DNA of 64,000 nucleotides from Macrostomum hystrix (Eukaryota > Animalia > Platyhelminthes), in contig CATNEN010000014.1 in assembly GCA_950097015.1 (NCBI GenBank), positions 1,798,001 through 1,862,000 of the forward strand. The letters are read 5' to 3'. Shown here in pieces: positions 36,487 through 49,850 of the stretch (positions are counted from its first letter, which is position 1; every line of letters begins with the position of its first letter). The notes under the pieces were generated by a model. It had not been told where the DNA came from, did not search any database, and worked only from the letters and a program-made list of their open reading frames with translations. Made by a program: the position numbers and the translations under genes.

Positions 36487-37077
36487 ATGCACAAGAAGCT
36501 CATGACCAGCAACGGGGCCCAGGGCCAGGCATCAGTGCTGCCACAGCGTCATCAGACAGCCACGACTGCGGCTGCCCAGGTATTGACGGCGGCAGCAGCA
36601 GCGGCAGCGGCGGCGGCGGCAGCAGGATCGCCGCAGCAGCAACGGCAGCAGCAGCAGCAGCAGCAGCAGCATTCGCCACTGGACAAGGCGAACTTTGGAG
36701 CCAATTTGAGCTACACGTCGGCTGCGGCCAAGTACCCGCTGGCTTCGAATGCCGGGCTCAACTCGCTAGCCAAACACGCGCAGCAGCAGCAGCAGCAGTC
36801 GCAACTGCCCTCGCATCTCCCGCAGCAACAACAGCAGCAGCCGCAGGAGACGCCACTCGGTGTAAATATGCCAGTATCCGCTGAGCAGCAACAGCAGATT
36901 CAGATGTACCAGCTAGCTGCCATGCAACAGCAACAAGCTGCAGCTGCAGCTGCTGCACTTCAACAGCAACAGCAGCAGCATCAGCAGCAACAGCACCAAA
37001 ATCAACAGCATCAGCTGCTGCTAAACCTTCATCAGCAAATGGAGCTTCAGCGGCTGCAAGCTCATTCCCAGTTGATT

Positions 37078-37112
<35 letters not shown>

Positions 37113-37313
37113 TCAACAGCAACAGGCGGCAGCTGCTGCTGCAGCGGCTGCCGCGCTGGCAAAAGATCAGCAGGCCCAGCAGCAACTACAACAGTACAAT
37201 GGCCTCATCAATCGCTGGGAGGCGCAGTATCCTGACATGCCTCCGGCGCCCTTCTGGATGCTGCACCAATTCCAGGACGATTTGTACCGGAATTCCATGC
37301 CACTGCCAGACAG
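36487..37313 (+). CDS. KDM3: KDM3/JMJD1-family demethylase, coding exon 1 (poly-Gln/Ala)
   Basis: ATG at 36487 and donor AG|GTGAG at 37314 (phase 2), which chains in frame to the next exon. Assignment rests on phase compatibility and adjacency. Further upstream exons cannot be excluded. Confidence 0.65.
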
Positions 37314-37912
37314 GTGAGAGTTTCTGTCATGTTTCTTAAAGCAGCTTCTTTAAACTGAAATAAGTTTTCAAATGTTAACGTTTGGCAAGTCAGTTTTGTG
37401 TAATAGAAACATAACTAGATTTTATTTAAGTCCATACTATATATTTAAGTGCAAACAGAAGTAATGAAGCCCTGTTTACATTAAAACTCACTATAGAACA
37501 TTCATCTTATGCTTTGTTTGAGGCTTTGGAAACAGTTTTGCCATTAAATTTCCTGCTTGGAATTGTGGGGTCTTGGTTGTTTCATTTTAGCCAGTGAGGA
37601 ATGTGAGGGGTTGGGGTCTGGTCGTGCGTACATATATGACTCAGACGGGCGCATGTACATTTAACTAATTGCACAGATGTACACTGCCATAGGCCCCGGC
37701 ATGCATTCCTATCCTCGGCAAGCCTCGATTGCTTAAACTTGTCCGGCCTTGCATTCCTCAATGAGGGCCTCAGTGTGGTTTGGGCATGGGAATGAAGGGC
37801 TTTGTGTTAGCTAAGGTCTCTTAATTTTATGGTCGTCTGGCTTTTCATCTCGTACAGTGAGTGCGTGGCTACAACCTGGAAATTTGGCAATCTAGTGACG
37901 GAAAAGCCAAAC

Positions 37913-38074
37913 AAATCTTTATTGAAATTCAAATTGTAACTGAATTTGTTAGTAAACTTGTGGGGCCCCGTAAATTGGCTATAAATGTGATTCCAAATCT
38001 TTATTGAAATTCAAATTGTAACTGAATTTGTTAGTAAACTTGTGGGGCCCCGTAAATTGGCTATAAATGTGATT
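37913..38074. repeat. 82-bp tandem duplication in KDM3 intron 1
   Basis: AAATCTTTATTGAAATTC...TATAAATGTGATTC twice. Confidence 0.9.
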
Positions 38075-38492
38075 CGATCTTGACTTGAAGATTGCTTGCT
38101 CTGGATACAAGCAAATATATTTTAATTCTGCTTGACCACTGGCCAGCGCAAACTAGTGCTTCATTAACCAGACACCCAAGGCTACACCTGCATATTTCTG
38201 CCTATCTGAACAGCGAACAATGTGTATGTAGAATAATTCTCGAATTCTATTCAGGACAGAAGTCGGCTAGGCTTACTACAAATTGGGCAGACAGGGTTGC
38301 ACAGGCATTTACAGCCGATGTTTAATCTACTTAGCAGACAGCATATTTTCCTGACCTTCATCTTCACCCGTTAATCCGTTAGGCAGTCCACTAACTTAAT
38401 TCTTCCCAACTGTATATGTTGTACATTTCTTTTTTCCGACCTCTTCTATTTCTTTCACGGCCATCATCTGTAACTCTCATCTATTCTCAAAA

Positions 38493-38998
38493 TCTTCTCA
38501 CCCCGTGTCCTCTCTTCTGCCTGTCTTCTCACCCCATGTCCTCTCTTCTGCCTGTCTTCTCATCCCGTGTCCTCTCTTCTGCCTGTCTTCTCACCCCGTG
38601 TCCTCTCTTCTGCCTGTCCTCACCCCCGTGTCCTCTCTTCTGCCTGTCTTCTCACCCCGTGTCCTCTCTTCTGCCTGTCCTCACCCCATGTCCTCTCTTC
38701 TGCCTGTCTTCTCACCCCGTGTCCTCTCTTCTGCCTGTCTTCTCATCCCGTGTCCTCTCTTCTGCCTGTCTTCTCACCCCGTGTCCTCTCTTCTGCCTGT
38801 CTTCTCACCCCGTGTCCTCTCTTCTGCCTGTCTTCACACCCCCTGTCCTCTCTTCTGCCTGTCTTCACACCCCCTGTCCTCTCTTCTGCCTGTCTTCTCA
38901 CCCCGTGTCCTCTCTTCTGCCTGTCTTCTCACCCCGTGTCCTCTCTTCTGCCTGTCTTCTCACCCCGTGTCTTCTCTTCTGCCGGCCTTCTCACCCCT
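38493..38998. repeat. ~31-bp pyrimidine-rich minisatellite (intron 1)
   Basis: CCCCGTGTCCTCTCTTCTGCCTGTCTTCTCA about 16 times. Confidence 0.93.
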
Positions 38999-39067
38999 AA
39001 TTTCTACCCTTCAGCAGTCGGTAGCTGTTGTCACAATACGCCCTCACCGCCAACCCACTCTTTCCAG

Positions 39068-39824
39068 CTCCCAGAGGCAGCTGGGAGGCCGTCGGCCCGA
39101 TGACGAGTCGCACGGCTCCGCCAAGGCTCGCAAGGGTCTGCCGGCTTCCTCAACTGCTTCCTCCTCCACCTCGTCTCTGGTGGCCACTGCCGCCGCAGCA
39201 GCCGCCGCAGCCGCTGGCGTTCCCATGGCAACCATGAGCGGGTCGCGCGGCAATCCTGTGACAGCCGGCGATCGGGCCAGCGAGCTGGTTGACCAGCACT
39301 TCAACCAGAGCATCGGGAACATCAGCCAGCTAAGCAAGGAGCAGCTGCAGCAGCAGCGCCTGAACCACTCACCTGCGGTGCCGAGCGCCAGCCCCGTCGT
39401 TTCCATGCATCACCAGCAGCGCAGCAGGCCGCAGCAGCCAAGTCCTCAGCACCAGCAGCAGCAGTCACAAGGGCCGCCCCTGCTCACGAATCAGCACAGC
39501 CTCCAGCATCAGCAGCAGCAGCAGAGTCGGCAGTCCGCGAATGCCGCAGTGGCTTCGGCGCCGCCGGTTCTCACTGCTCAGCAGCCCCTGCCGCTTCACC
39601 AGCATCAGCAGCAGCAGCAGCATTTTGCGGCCTCTGTCACCACCCAGTCGAACATCGCCCTAGCTGCTGCGGCTGCGGCCGCCGCTGCCGCCGCTGCGTC
39701 CACCGCAGGTGTTGGCAACTCCCGTCCGACTCAAGCCCCGCCGACAACAGCGACTCAGCAGCGGTCCAGCAGTCAGCAGCAGGCTCAGGGCTATCAGCAT
39801 CATCAGCAGCAGCAGCATCTGCTT

Positions 39825-39858
<34 letters not shown>

Positions 39859-40457
39859 TGATTCTTGAGCATGCCGCATCTGTGCATCTGCAACAGCAGC
39901 AGCAACATCAGCTCCAGCTTCAGCTGCAGCAGCTTCACCAGCAACAGCTGCAGCAACAACTGCAGCAACAGCAGCAGCAACAGCTACTACAGCAGCAGGC
40001 CCAACAACATCACTTGCAACAGCAGCAGCAGCAACAGGCGCAGCAACTTCACAACAGCCACCCGCAGCTTCAGCAACATCACCAGCTGCTGCAGCCGCCA
40101 CCACCACCACCTCAGAATCAGCAGCAGCAGCAGCAGCAGCAGTTGCTTCACTCTCAGCACCAGCAGCATCAGCAGCAGCAGCTGCAGCACAAGTCTAATA
40201 CGCCGAGTAACTCAACCTCCTCGCCAACCGGCTCCATCACCAGCACTGGCACTCCGGGCCCCGGCGCCGCCAGCCTCGGCGAGCCCGGATCCCGGCAGTC
40301 GAGACTGACGCCACATCACCAGCACCTGTCTGGCGCTGCGGCTGCGGCTCCGACCTCCGCCTCGGCACAGAAGGTCGGCCTTAAGAAGGCCTGGCTGCGC
40401 AGACTTCAGGAGGAGCAGCGGGAGGACGGCACCGGGCCCAGCGACTCCGACGAGCAG
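39068..40457 (+). CDS. KDM3: KDM3/JMJD1-family demethylase, exon 2 (poly-Gln)
   Basis: Acceptor CTCTTTCCAG| at 39067 is the nearby AG giving phase 2. Contains LKKAWLRR, similar to the JMJD1C LKKAWL motif. Donor CAG|GTTTGG at 40458. Confidence 0.75.
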
Positions 40458-40479
40458 GTTTGGCTGCGCTTCTGCTGTA

Positions 40480-40930
40480 TCATCTCCAGCTTCCTTCAGC
40501 CCTATCTCCAGCTTCCTTCAGCCTCATCCCCAGCTTCCTTCAGCCCTATCTCCAGCTTCCTTCAGCCTCATCCCCAGCTTCCTTCATGCTCATCTCCAGC
40601 TTCCTTCAGCGTCATCTCCAGCTTCCTTCAGCGTCATCTCCAGCTTCCTTCAGCCTCATCCCCAGCTTCCTTCATGCTCATATCCAGCTTCCTTCAGCGT
40701 CATCTCCAGCTTCCTTCAGCGTCATCTCCAGCTTCCTTCAGCCTCATCCCCAGCTTCCTTCAGCCTCATCTCCAGCTTCCCTCAGCCTCATCTCCAGCTT
40801 CCTTCAGCCTCATCCCCAGCTTCCTTCAGCCTCGTCTCCAGCTTCCCTCAGCCTCATCTCCAGCTTCCCTCAGCCTCATCTCCAGCTTCCCTCAGCCTCA
40901 TCTCCAGCTTCCCTCAGCCTCATCTCCAGT
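40480..40930. repeat. 22-bp minisatellite (intron 2, next to donor)
   Basis: TCTCCAGCTTCCTTCAGCCTCA about 20 times. Confidence 0.9.
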
Positions 40931-41680
40931 CATCTATGGTTTGCACTCTTTCAATCCTAATGCGTTGTACGAGTATGTAGTATAGCTTCAGTTATTCCCA
41001 GATGAAACATTTGTCTACTGTTTCCTAATCTGCTAACTCATGGCGAGAAAGCGCAGTCTAAATAATGGCAGGCAGAGAAACAGAGTAGGCATCTACTGCA
41101 TCTCCCAGAATGGAGACTGCTTTGTCATTGGCACTCAGGCAGGCAGGCAGGCAGGCAGGCAGAATTCTGAGCTGAGGCGTAGTAGACAGACCAGCAACAA
41201 AGGAAGGAATAAGAAAACTGCCGAGAACTGGCAGGCAGGCAACACACAATGGGTCTCTATGCGAACACAAAAGCAACTCGCCTGATGGGAATCGAGGTTA
41301 GAGTACAGGTCTACACTCACTGCACACACCGGGCTAAGACTGCTCAAAATGCGAGGGTTAGCTACTGTTGACAATTTTTTAGCACAGCTCTGCCTAGCAT
41401 TGTCTCTGGGCGAGTGTGCCAGTTCTCATTCCAATTTAGCCCTTATTATATTGAGCCCTAGTTGGCAGGCATTGTGTTAGGGTATGCCCGTCTCAATATA
41501 ATGCTCCCAATGCAGCTACAATAGAGCTTAGAGTCTGGTGGATACAGTTGAATTCTATTCATTGTAGTTCGCCTATATGTAGCTCAGTGTGTAGGCTTGC
41601 TTAACATGAAAGGCATAATGAGTTGGAAAATTGATAACTTTTGTATACTGACATTGTTATGGCCTGATTCTGTGTGTTCC

Positions 41681-42441
41681 TAGGGTGTGGTTCTAGCTAT
41701 ATGAGGGTGAGATTCTAGCTATATGAGGGTGAGATTCTAGCTATATGAGGGTGAGATTCTAGCTATATGAGGGTGAGATTCTAGCTATATGAGGGTGAGG
41801 TTCTAGCTATATGAGGGTGAGATTCTAGCTATTTGAGGGTGAGATTCTAGCTATATGAGGGTGAGATTCTAGCTATATGAGGGTGAGATTCTAGCTATAT
41901 GAGGGTGAGATTCTAGCTATATGAGGGTGAGATTCTAGCTATATAAGGGTGAGATTCTAGCTATATAAGGGTTATAAGGGTGAGATTCTAGCTATATAAG
42001 GGTGAGATTCTAGCTATATGAGGGTGAGATTCTAGCTATATAAGGTTGAGATTCTAGCTATATAAGGGTGAGATTCTAGCTATATGAGGGTGAGATTCTA
42101 GCTGTATGAGGGTGAGATTCTAGCTATATAAGGGTTATAAGGGTGAGATTCTAGCTATATAAGGGTGAGATTCTAGCTATATAAGGGTGAGATTCTAGCT
42201 ATATAAGGGTGAGATTCTAGCTATATAAGGGTGAGATTCTAGCTATATGAGGGTGAGATTCTAGCTATATGAGGGTGAGATTCTAGCTATATGAGGGTGA
42301 GATTCTAGCTATATGAGGGTGAGATTCTAGCTATATGAGGGTGAGATTCTAGCTATATGAGGGTGAGGTTCTAGCTATATGAGGGTGAGATTCTAGCTAT
42401 ATGAGGGTGAGATTCTAGCTATATGTGGGTGAGATTCTAGC
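41681..42441. repeat. 22-bp minisatellite (intron 2)
   Basis: CTAGCTATAT(G/A)AGGGTGAGATT about 34 times. Confidence 0.95.
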
Positions 42442-42628
42442 CAAATTGAGAGGGTCTTTAGTTTTCCGGAGTTGATTATAATAACGTACTTTTAATTCTA
42501 TCTATAACGCTAATGAAGAGATGACGAGGGATCTGTCTATACTAAAAGCGTGATAGTTACTCCCGCCGTAGACCGATTGTGTTCGTGGCCAGTGCAGTTA
42601 ATGTCCCGCTCTCCCGCAACCACCGCAG

Positions 42629-42986
42629 ATGTACACAGACGACCAGAAGCGGGCCATGAAACGACGCAGCAGCGGAGCTGGCATGGCGGGTGACTCTGAC
42701 TCATCCAAGGAGTCAGCAGCCTCGTCCTCCGCGGGCGCCGCCGCCGGCTGCTCAACGTCAGCCTTCTCTAACGGCCTGCAGGCTCCAAAGTTTGAGCCGC
42801 AGGCGCCGCTTCCCGCTGGCGCCTGCGGCCTGCTGGGCCCAGTGAAGAAGCGCATCAAGAAGGAAGACGCCGGCGGGACGGTTGCGACTACCGCTGCCGC
42901 GCCTGCTGCCGCCGCGGCTTCGGTCCCGACTGTCGAGGCCGCGGTGCCGCCGAAGTTGGAGGAGCAGTTCCCAGGCCGAGAGATTC
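42629..42986 (+). CDS. KDM3: KDM3/JMJD1-family demethylase, exon 3
   Basis: Acceptor CCGCAG| (phase 0) and donor C|GTGAGT at 42987 (phase 1). Basic KKRIKKE motif. Confidence 0.75.
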
Positions 42987-43009
42987 GTGAGTGCAAATCC
43001 CTAAACCCC

Positions 43010-43290
43010 TTCATTTTCCGTTAATCCCCCCTCTAATCCCCAAATCTCCCCTTATTTTCCGTTAATCCCTCCTCTAATCCCCAAATCTCCCCTTATTTTC
43101 CGTTAATCCCCCTCTAATCCTAAAATCTCCCCTTATTTTCCGTTAATCCCCCTCTAATCCTAAAATCTCCCCTCATTTTCCGTTAATCCCTCCCCTCTAA
43201 TCCCAAAATCTCCCCTCATATTCCGTTAATCCCTCCTCTAATCCCAAAATCTGCCCTCATTTTCCGTTAATCCCTCCTCAAAATCTTAAA
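43010..43290. repeat. ~41-bp minisatellite (intron 3, next to donor)
   Basis: TTTTCCGTTAATCCC(T)CCTCTAATCCCCAAATCTCCCCT(T/C)A about 7 times. Confidence 0.85.
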
Positions 43291-44164
43291 TCCTTTCTCA
43301 CCTTCTCTTAATCCCTCATCGCAGTGCCCTATTTTAACCCCCCTTCGTATTTAATTGTCTTTGTCTACCGTTAATATCTTCAATATCTTCTTAATCCTGG
43401 GTTGTCTTGCCTGAACAGTTGAGCTACCGAGCCATTTTGCTTCCCATTTTTGAACCAAGGGGTGAATTCCACCTGTTGTAGCCCTTGAAGGTCCAGCAGT
43501 CTGTCTAAATAAAGGTAGGTGACCACCGAAAACGGAGATGATGCAGGCACATTCGGGTGACATGCAGATAAATTTTGAAGGCCTGGAAAGGCCGCACTGA
43601 GGCGCAGTGCTAACTCGTACACGCTAACTCATCTCCCAAGTTTCACTGAAATCATTTCTAATATCCCTTTACTGTTTCTCCCCATTCTCACTGCCCTCTC
43701 GCTCAGTCGGCCATCGCAGCCCTAATTGCAGTCACGTGACTCACCAAGGCAATCGCCAGAGTCCTCTGCAGTACAGCTGAACCTATTGCCGCATCCCCTT
43801 CGGATATCCCCTTCGCTCCCCATTCTTCCCAATCGAATTTATCCCGCGCACTGCCTGGACAGCATTACAAAATACTAGAGTGGGCCGCATACTCGTGTGT
43901 GCTCACTCATATTTGAGCATACGGGCCGGAAATATTTGCAATTCACCCGCCTTAGTAGGTCACAGCCGGGGTGAGCACAGTGCTCAAAGCCGCTTGCAGT
44001 TTTCAGTATGGCGCGTGACTCACCGGAGTGGGTTTGGGAGGGGAGAGGAGCTACTCAGACAGGCAGACATAAGGGACACTGAAGTGAAACGAGGAATTCT
44101 CAAGCACTCAGACAGAAGAGTTTAGCAGTGAAAACAGAACTCACACAGCTTTTGTTCAACGCCC

Positions 44165-44700
44165 TATCCTCTTCTCTCTTCTGCTCTTCTCTCTTCTATT
44201 AACTATTATCTCTTCTCCTCTCCTCTCCTCTCCTTTCCTCTCCTCTCCTCTCCTTTCCTCTCCTCTCCTCTCCTCTCCTCTCCTCTCCTTTCCTCTCCTC
44301 TCCTCTCTTCTCCTCTCCTCTCCTCTCTTCTCCTCTCCTCTCCTCTCCTCTCCTCTCCTCTCCTCTCCTCTCCTTTCCTCTCCTCTCCTCTCCTCTCCTC
44401 TCTTCTCCTCTCCTCTCCTCTCCTCTCCTCTCCTCTCCTCTCCTTTCCTCTCCTCTCCTCTCCTCTCCTCTCCTTTCCTCTCCTCTCCTCTCCTCTCCTC
44501 TCTTCTCCTCTCCTCTCCTCTCTTCTCCTCTCCTCTCCTCTCCTCTCCTCTCCTCTCCTCTCCTTTCCTCTCCTCTCCTCTCCTCTCCTCTCTTCTCCTC
44601 TCCTCTCTTCTCCTCTCCTCTCCTCTCCTCTCTTCTCCTCTCCTCTCCTCTCTTCTCCTCTCCTCTCTTCTCCTCTCCTCTCCTCTCCTCTCCTCTCATC
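44165..44700. repeat. (CTCCT)n pentanucleotide microsatellite
   Basis: About 105 units of CTCCT with CTCTT / CTTTC variants. Confidence 0.95.
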
Positions 44701-45599
44701 TCCTGGGAGAATGTCTGTATTCGTGCTTGACAGGGCATCAGCCAGTGTGCTATGCTGGCAGCAGGCAGAATTCTCGGTCTTGCCTGAGCAGTGAGCAGTG
44801 AGCAGTGAGCAGTGAGCATTGAGCAGTGTCTAGCTCGGCCCGAGTGTAGTCAGTTTGTTTAGAATGGCTGAGGGGGGTGGCAAAGGCAGAAGATGGCGAG
44901 ACTTGGCGAGGCGGAGAAAGCTGAGGGGACGCCCCAGACAGGCTGGCAGCCCGGTCGGTAAAAGTAGAAGCCCCCCCTCAGTCCGCGTGGGGATTTGGGA
45001 GAGGCGGGAAAATCGATACAACCCCGCTCCCCCTGGCGCTCTCCGGTTTCCTCTCTTCTCCCCTGCTGCTCACGTGAGTAGGGAAGAGTTAAAGCAGAAA
45101 TAGCCAGCCCGGCTGCTTGAGCACTGTGGTGAGACCGGCTGAGCTGCAGGATGCAGGGGGAACAGAGTTACCCGTGGGATCAGGGCCGCGCTCTGGGCTG
45201 GGGCAGACTGGGAAGCGGGAAAATCAATAATTTATAAATCGGCCTGTCTAGGGGAGCGGGGATGAGGCCGAGGGGAGAACGCAGTCGCCAGGCTGAGGCC
45301 CCGGACAGAGAAGAGAGCGATGGGAACACGTCAGGGGCAGGGCTGATGTATAATTTTATAGGGCAGAGGCTGCGGCGCACTCAGCGACTCGCAGCCCAGC
45401 CGAGGCTGTCGGAATCTACTGGCCACTCCCCCCCCGCCCCGCGGCAGCAATTCCCATCAGCCTGCAGATTCCGCATATAATATAGCTACTCCCCTATGCT
45501 AATACTTTTGGGAGCATTGCGCTCAGCACACTCCCCTTCCTATCGACTCAGTTCTGGCTTCATCTGTTGCCTTCGACCCTTTCGCCAGCCCGAGCTACT

Positions 45600-46320
45600 T
45601 CTGTTCTCTCCCCAATCTCCCTCTTATCTCCCTCTTCTCTCCCCCGATCTCCCTCTTCTCTCCCTAATCTCCCTCTTCTCTCCCCAATCTCCCTCTTCTC
45701 TCCCCCAATCTCCCTCTTCTCTCACCCAATCTCCCTCTTCTCTCCCCAATCTCCCTCTTCTCTCCCCAATCTCCCTCTTCTCTCACCCAATCTCCCTCTT
45801 CTCTCCCCAATCTCCCTCTTCTCTCCCTAATCTCCCTCTTCTCTCCCTAATCTCCCTCTTCTCTCCCTAATCTCCCTCTTCTCTCCCTAATCTCCTTCTT
45901 CTCTCCCTAATCTCCCTCTTCTCTCACCCAATCTCCCTCTTCTCTCCCCCAATCTCCCTCTTCTCTCATCTATTATCCCTGTTCTCTCACCCAATCTCCC
46001 TCTTCTCTCCCTAATCTCCCTCTTCTCTCCCCAATCTCCCTCTTCTCTCCCCAATCTCCCTCTTCTCTCCCCCAATCTCCCTCTTCTCTCCCTAATCTCC
46101 CTCTTCTCTCCCCCAATCTCCCTCTTCTCTCCCCCAATCTCCCTCTTCTCTCCCCCAATCTCCCTCTTCTCTCCCCCAATCTCCCTCTTCTCTCACCCAA
46201 TCTCCCTCTTCTCTCCCCCAATCTCCCTCTTCTCTCCCCCAATCTCCCTCTTCTCTCCCCCAATCTCCCTCTTCTCTCACCCAATCTCCCTCTTCTCTCA
46301 CCCAATCTCCTTCTTCTCTG
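45600..46320. repeat. 21-22-bp pyrimidine-rich minisatellite
   Basis: AATCTCCCTCTTCTCTCCCC(C) about 33 times. Confidence 0.93.
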
Positions 46321-47199
46321 TCGGGCCCTCCTCCCAAGGTGCTTTTTAAAAGGCTCGTTAGCTATAAAGTGGCATGTGTAAGCAAGGTTATTAAAAAACA
46401 GTGAATAACCATTTTAGAAAAAAACAGACCTGGTTTCATATTGTGGATTCTGAGAGCCCTGATTTTAGCATCTGTAATTTGCGAATTTTTTTTAGATTTA
46501 CTATTTTTTAGAGTTGACACACACACAGACACTCAGATACACAGTTTCACATGGAGGAACTTAATTTAGACGAATGCAGAACATGCAGAACATTGCAGTA
46601 ATGCAATTAGTAATGCAATTCTTCTTGGCGCTCCATGCAGGCACTGCAATCTGTGCTGTCAGCCTAAGCACAGGCCTTCAACCCACCCCCTGCCCCAGTA
46701 AAGGCCATAGTAAAGGCCATTATACGCATGCGCAAGCAATTATATGCTGTCTATAGTTTAGCCCCTGTTCGTATGCGTGGCTCGCCTCTTGCTTATGAAT
46801 GACTCATCCGCATGACTGCACAACAACTGCGCGGAGGTAGGGGAGGGAGTCCTGTGCCAGCCCAACTGCTAAATTCATACTGCCTGCCTGCCTGCCTGCC
46901 TGTACTGCTGAAAGCCGGCAATTTACCAGCAGCAGCAGTAGCAGCTTATTCTGCTAATTTTAGCAATGGCAAGAAACACAGAAGGCAACTCTTTATTATT
47001 CTGCATAGCGTGGCATTGATCCCTTGAATCTACATAGATCTGACTGTCAGCCTGTCAGTCCTTTGCTTGTCTTCCAGAATATTTTCTAAATTAGTCACTA
47101 AATGCCCAAAATTTAGGGACAATGTGCTTCAATTACTTGTTTGCTTTTTGGGATTAAAGTTACATTGTTGAGATGTCTGAGACATGAGTTTTATGGTCA

Positions 47200-47472
47200 C
47201 TTTTTTGGGATCTCTCAGGCACTCTTTGGGATCTCTTAGGCGCTCTTTGGGATCTCTCAGCCACTCTTTGGGATCTCTTAGGCACTCCCAGGATCACGTA
47301 GTCACTCCAGGATAACTCAGTCACTCCCTAGAATCACTCAGTCACTCCTAGAATCACTCAGTCACTCCTAGGACTCAGTCACTCCCTAGAATCACTCAGT
47401 CACTTCCTAGAATCACTCAGTCACTCCCTAGGATCACTCAGTCACTCCCTAGGATCACTCAGTCACTCCCAG
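47200..47472. repeat. ~20-21-bp degenerate minisatellite before the exon 4 acceptor
   Basis: CACTCTTTGGGATCTCT(C/T)AG grading into GTCACTCCCTAG(A/G)ATCACTCA. Confidence 0.8.
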
Positions 47473-47527
47473 GATCCGTTGGATGCCTGACAGCTCTAAC
47501 GGCAGCAGCTATTCTGAACCCCCGCAG

Positions 47528-47813
47528 TTGCCAGGCTGAAGAACCGGCCAATCAACAAGCACAGCCGGCAGCACTACGAGAAGAGTCTGGAGCCCTTCAT
47601 CCAGGACGCCGGCTGCCTGGAGACTTGCCCAAAGCTGCCCAAGTGCCGAGAGTGCCGGCCGCTGCAGCTGCACAAATCAGCGGCCAGCGCTGGCGGCGGA
47701 AAAAAGGCCGCGAACTCTCACGGCGGCTCGGCGGCCGCTGCTGCTGGCGGCTCCTCTGGGGCGTCGCTGCAGGGACCGAATGGCATCATGTGCCGATACG
47801 TGGGCTTCAGGAA
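47528..47813 (+). CDS. KDM3: KDM3/JMJD1-family demethylase, exon 4 (not in the ORF track)
   Basis: Acceptor CCCGCAG| (phase 1). Reads EPFIQDAGCLETCPKLPKCRECR...IMCRYVGFRK, matching the KDM3 FLQDGSC...KCRECR...CRF..FRRL motif. Donor AA|GTGAGT at 47814. Confidence 0.88.
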
Positions 47814-47829
47814 GTGAGTACACAGCCCA

Positions 47830-48765
47830 CCTCCCTTCCTGTCTCATCCCATCTCCCTTCCTGTCTCATCCTATCTCCCTTCCTGTCTCATCCCATCTCC
47901 CTTCCTGTCTCATCCTATCTCCCTTCCTGTCTCATCCCATCTCCCTTCCTGTCTCATCCCATCTCCCTTCCTGTCTCATCCCATCTCCCTTCCTGTCTCA
48001 TCCCATCTCCCTTCCTGTCTCATCCCATCTCCCTTCCTGTCTTATCCCATCTCCCTTCCTGTCTTATCCCATCTCCCTTCCTGTCTCATCCCATCTCCCT
48101 TCCTGTCTTATCCCATCTCCCTTCCTGTCTTATCCCATCTCCCTTCCTGTCTTATCCCATCTCCCTTCCTGTCTTATCCCATCTCCCTTCCTGTCTTATC
48201 CCATCTCCCTTCCTGTCTTATCCCATCTCCCTTCCTGTCTTATCCCATCTCCCTTCCTGTCTCATCCCATCTCCCTTCCTGTCTTATCCCATCTCCCTTC
48301 CTGTCTCATCCCATCTCCCTTCCTGTCTCATCCCATCTCCCTTCCTGTCTTATCCCATCTCCCTTCCTGTCTTATCCCATCTCCCTTCCTGTCTTATCCC
48401 ATCTCCCTTCCTGTCTTATCCCATCTCCCTTCCTGTCTTATCCCATCTCCCTTCCTGTCTCATCCAATCTCCCTTCCTGTCTCATCCCATCTCCCTTCCT
48501 GTCTTATCTCCTCTCCCTTCCTGTCTCATCCCATCTCCCTTCCTGTCTTATCTCCTCTCCCCTCCTGTCTTATCTCCTCTCCCCTCCTGTCTTATCTCCT
48601 CTCCCCTCCTGTCTTATCTCCTCTCCCCTCCTGTCTTATCTCCTCTCCCCTCCTGTCTTATCTCCTCTTCCCTCCTGTCTTATCTCCTCTTCCCTCCTGT
48701 CTTATCTCCTCTTCCCTCCTGTCTTATCTCCTCTCCCCTCCTGTCTTATCTCCTCTCCGATCCTG
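47830..48765. repeat. 22-bp pyrimidine-rich minisatellite (intron 4, next to donor)
   Basis: CCCATCTCCCTTCCTGTCT(C/T)AT about 42 times, drifting to CTCCTCTCCCCTCCTGTCTTAT at the 3' end. Confidence 0.95.
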
Positions 48766-49094
48766 TTTTATGAGCAATGAGAAGCCGAGTACAGTGGATT
48801 GATAAAGCAATTTGGGGTGCCCAATCTACGAGCGGACATCTGCAGCGGCTGTTGCTAAGCCACTAATAATAATAAAGCTTTACATTAAAGTGCAGGCTCA
48901 CCTGGGGCCTCGGTGGAGAGAAGGACAAGTTAGGCTCGGTTGAACAGCTTGAATAAACACCAGCTACACCGATAAGGGCTCTGGGTGGCGTGGGTTGGCG
49001 GCCCGGGGACTTGAATGACGCATTCTCTTGGGCCTTCAAGATTGCCGGGGCGGGGTTGGGCTGCCTCTGGGCCTGTACGCTCACATTGCCTTCG

Positions 49095-49850
49095 TCTCTG
49101 TCATGTCTATCTCAGTCTCACCCATTCTCTCTGTCATGTCTATCTCAGTCTCACCCATTCTCTCTCTCACGTCTATCTCAGTCTCACCCATTCTCTCTCT
49201 CACGTCTATCTCAGTCTCACCCATTCTCTCTCTCATGTCTATCTCAGTCTCACCCATTCTCTCTCATGTCTATCTCAGTCTCACCCATTCTCTCTCTCAC
49301 GTCTATCTCAGTCTCACCCATTCTCTCTCTCACGTGGATCTCAGTCTCACCCATTCTCTCTCTCATGTCTTTCTCAGTCTCACCCATTCTCTCTCATGTC
49401 TATCTCAGTCTCACCCATTCTCTCTCTCACGTCTATCTCAGACTCACTCATTCTCTCTCTCACGTCTATCTCAGTCTCACCCATTCTCTCTCTCACGTGG
49501 ATCTCAGTCTCACCCATTCTCTCTCTCATGTCTATCTCAGTCTCACCCATTCTCTCTCTCACGTGGATCTCAGTCTCACCCATTCTCTCTCTCACGTGGA
49601 TCTCAGTCTCACCCATTCTCTCTCTCATGTCTATCTCAGTCTCACCCATTCTCTCTCTCATGTCTATCTCAGTCTCACCCATTCTCTCTCTCATGTCTAT
49701 CTCAGTCTCACCCATTCTCTCTCTCACGTCTATCTCAGACTCACTCATTCTCTCTCTCACGTCTATCTCAGTCTCACCCATTCTCTCTCACGTCTATCTC
49801 AGTCTCACCCATTTTCTCTCACGTCTATCTCAGTCTCACCCATTCTCTCT
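49095..49850. repeat. ~33-bp minisatellite (intron 4)
   Basis: GTCTATCTCAGTCTCACCCATTCTCTCTCTCA(C/T) about 23 times. Confidence 0.93.
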
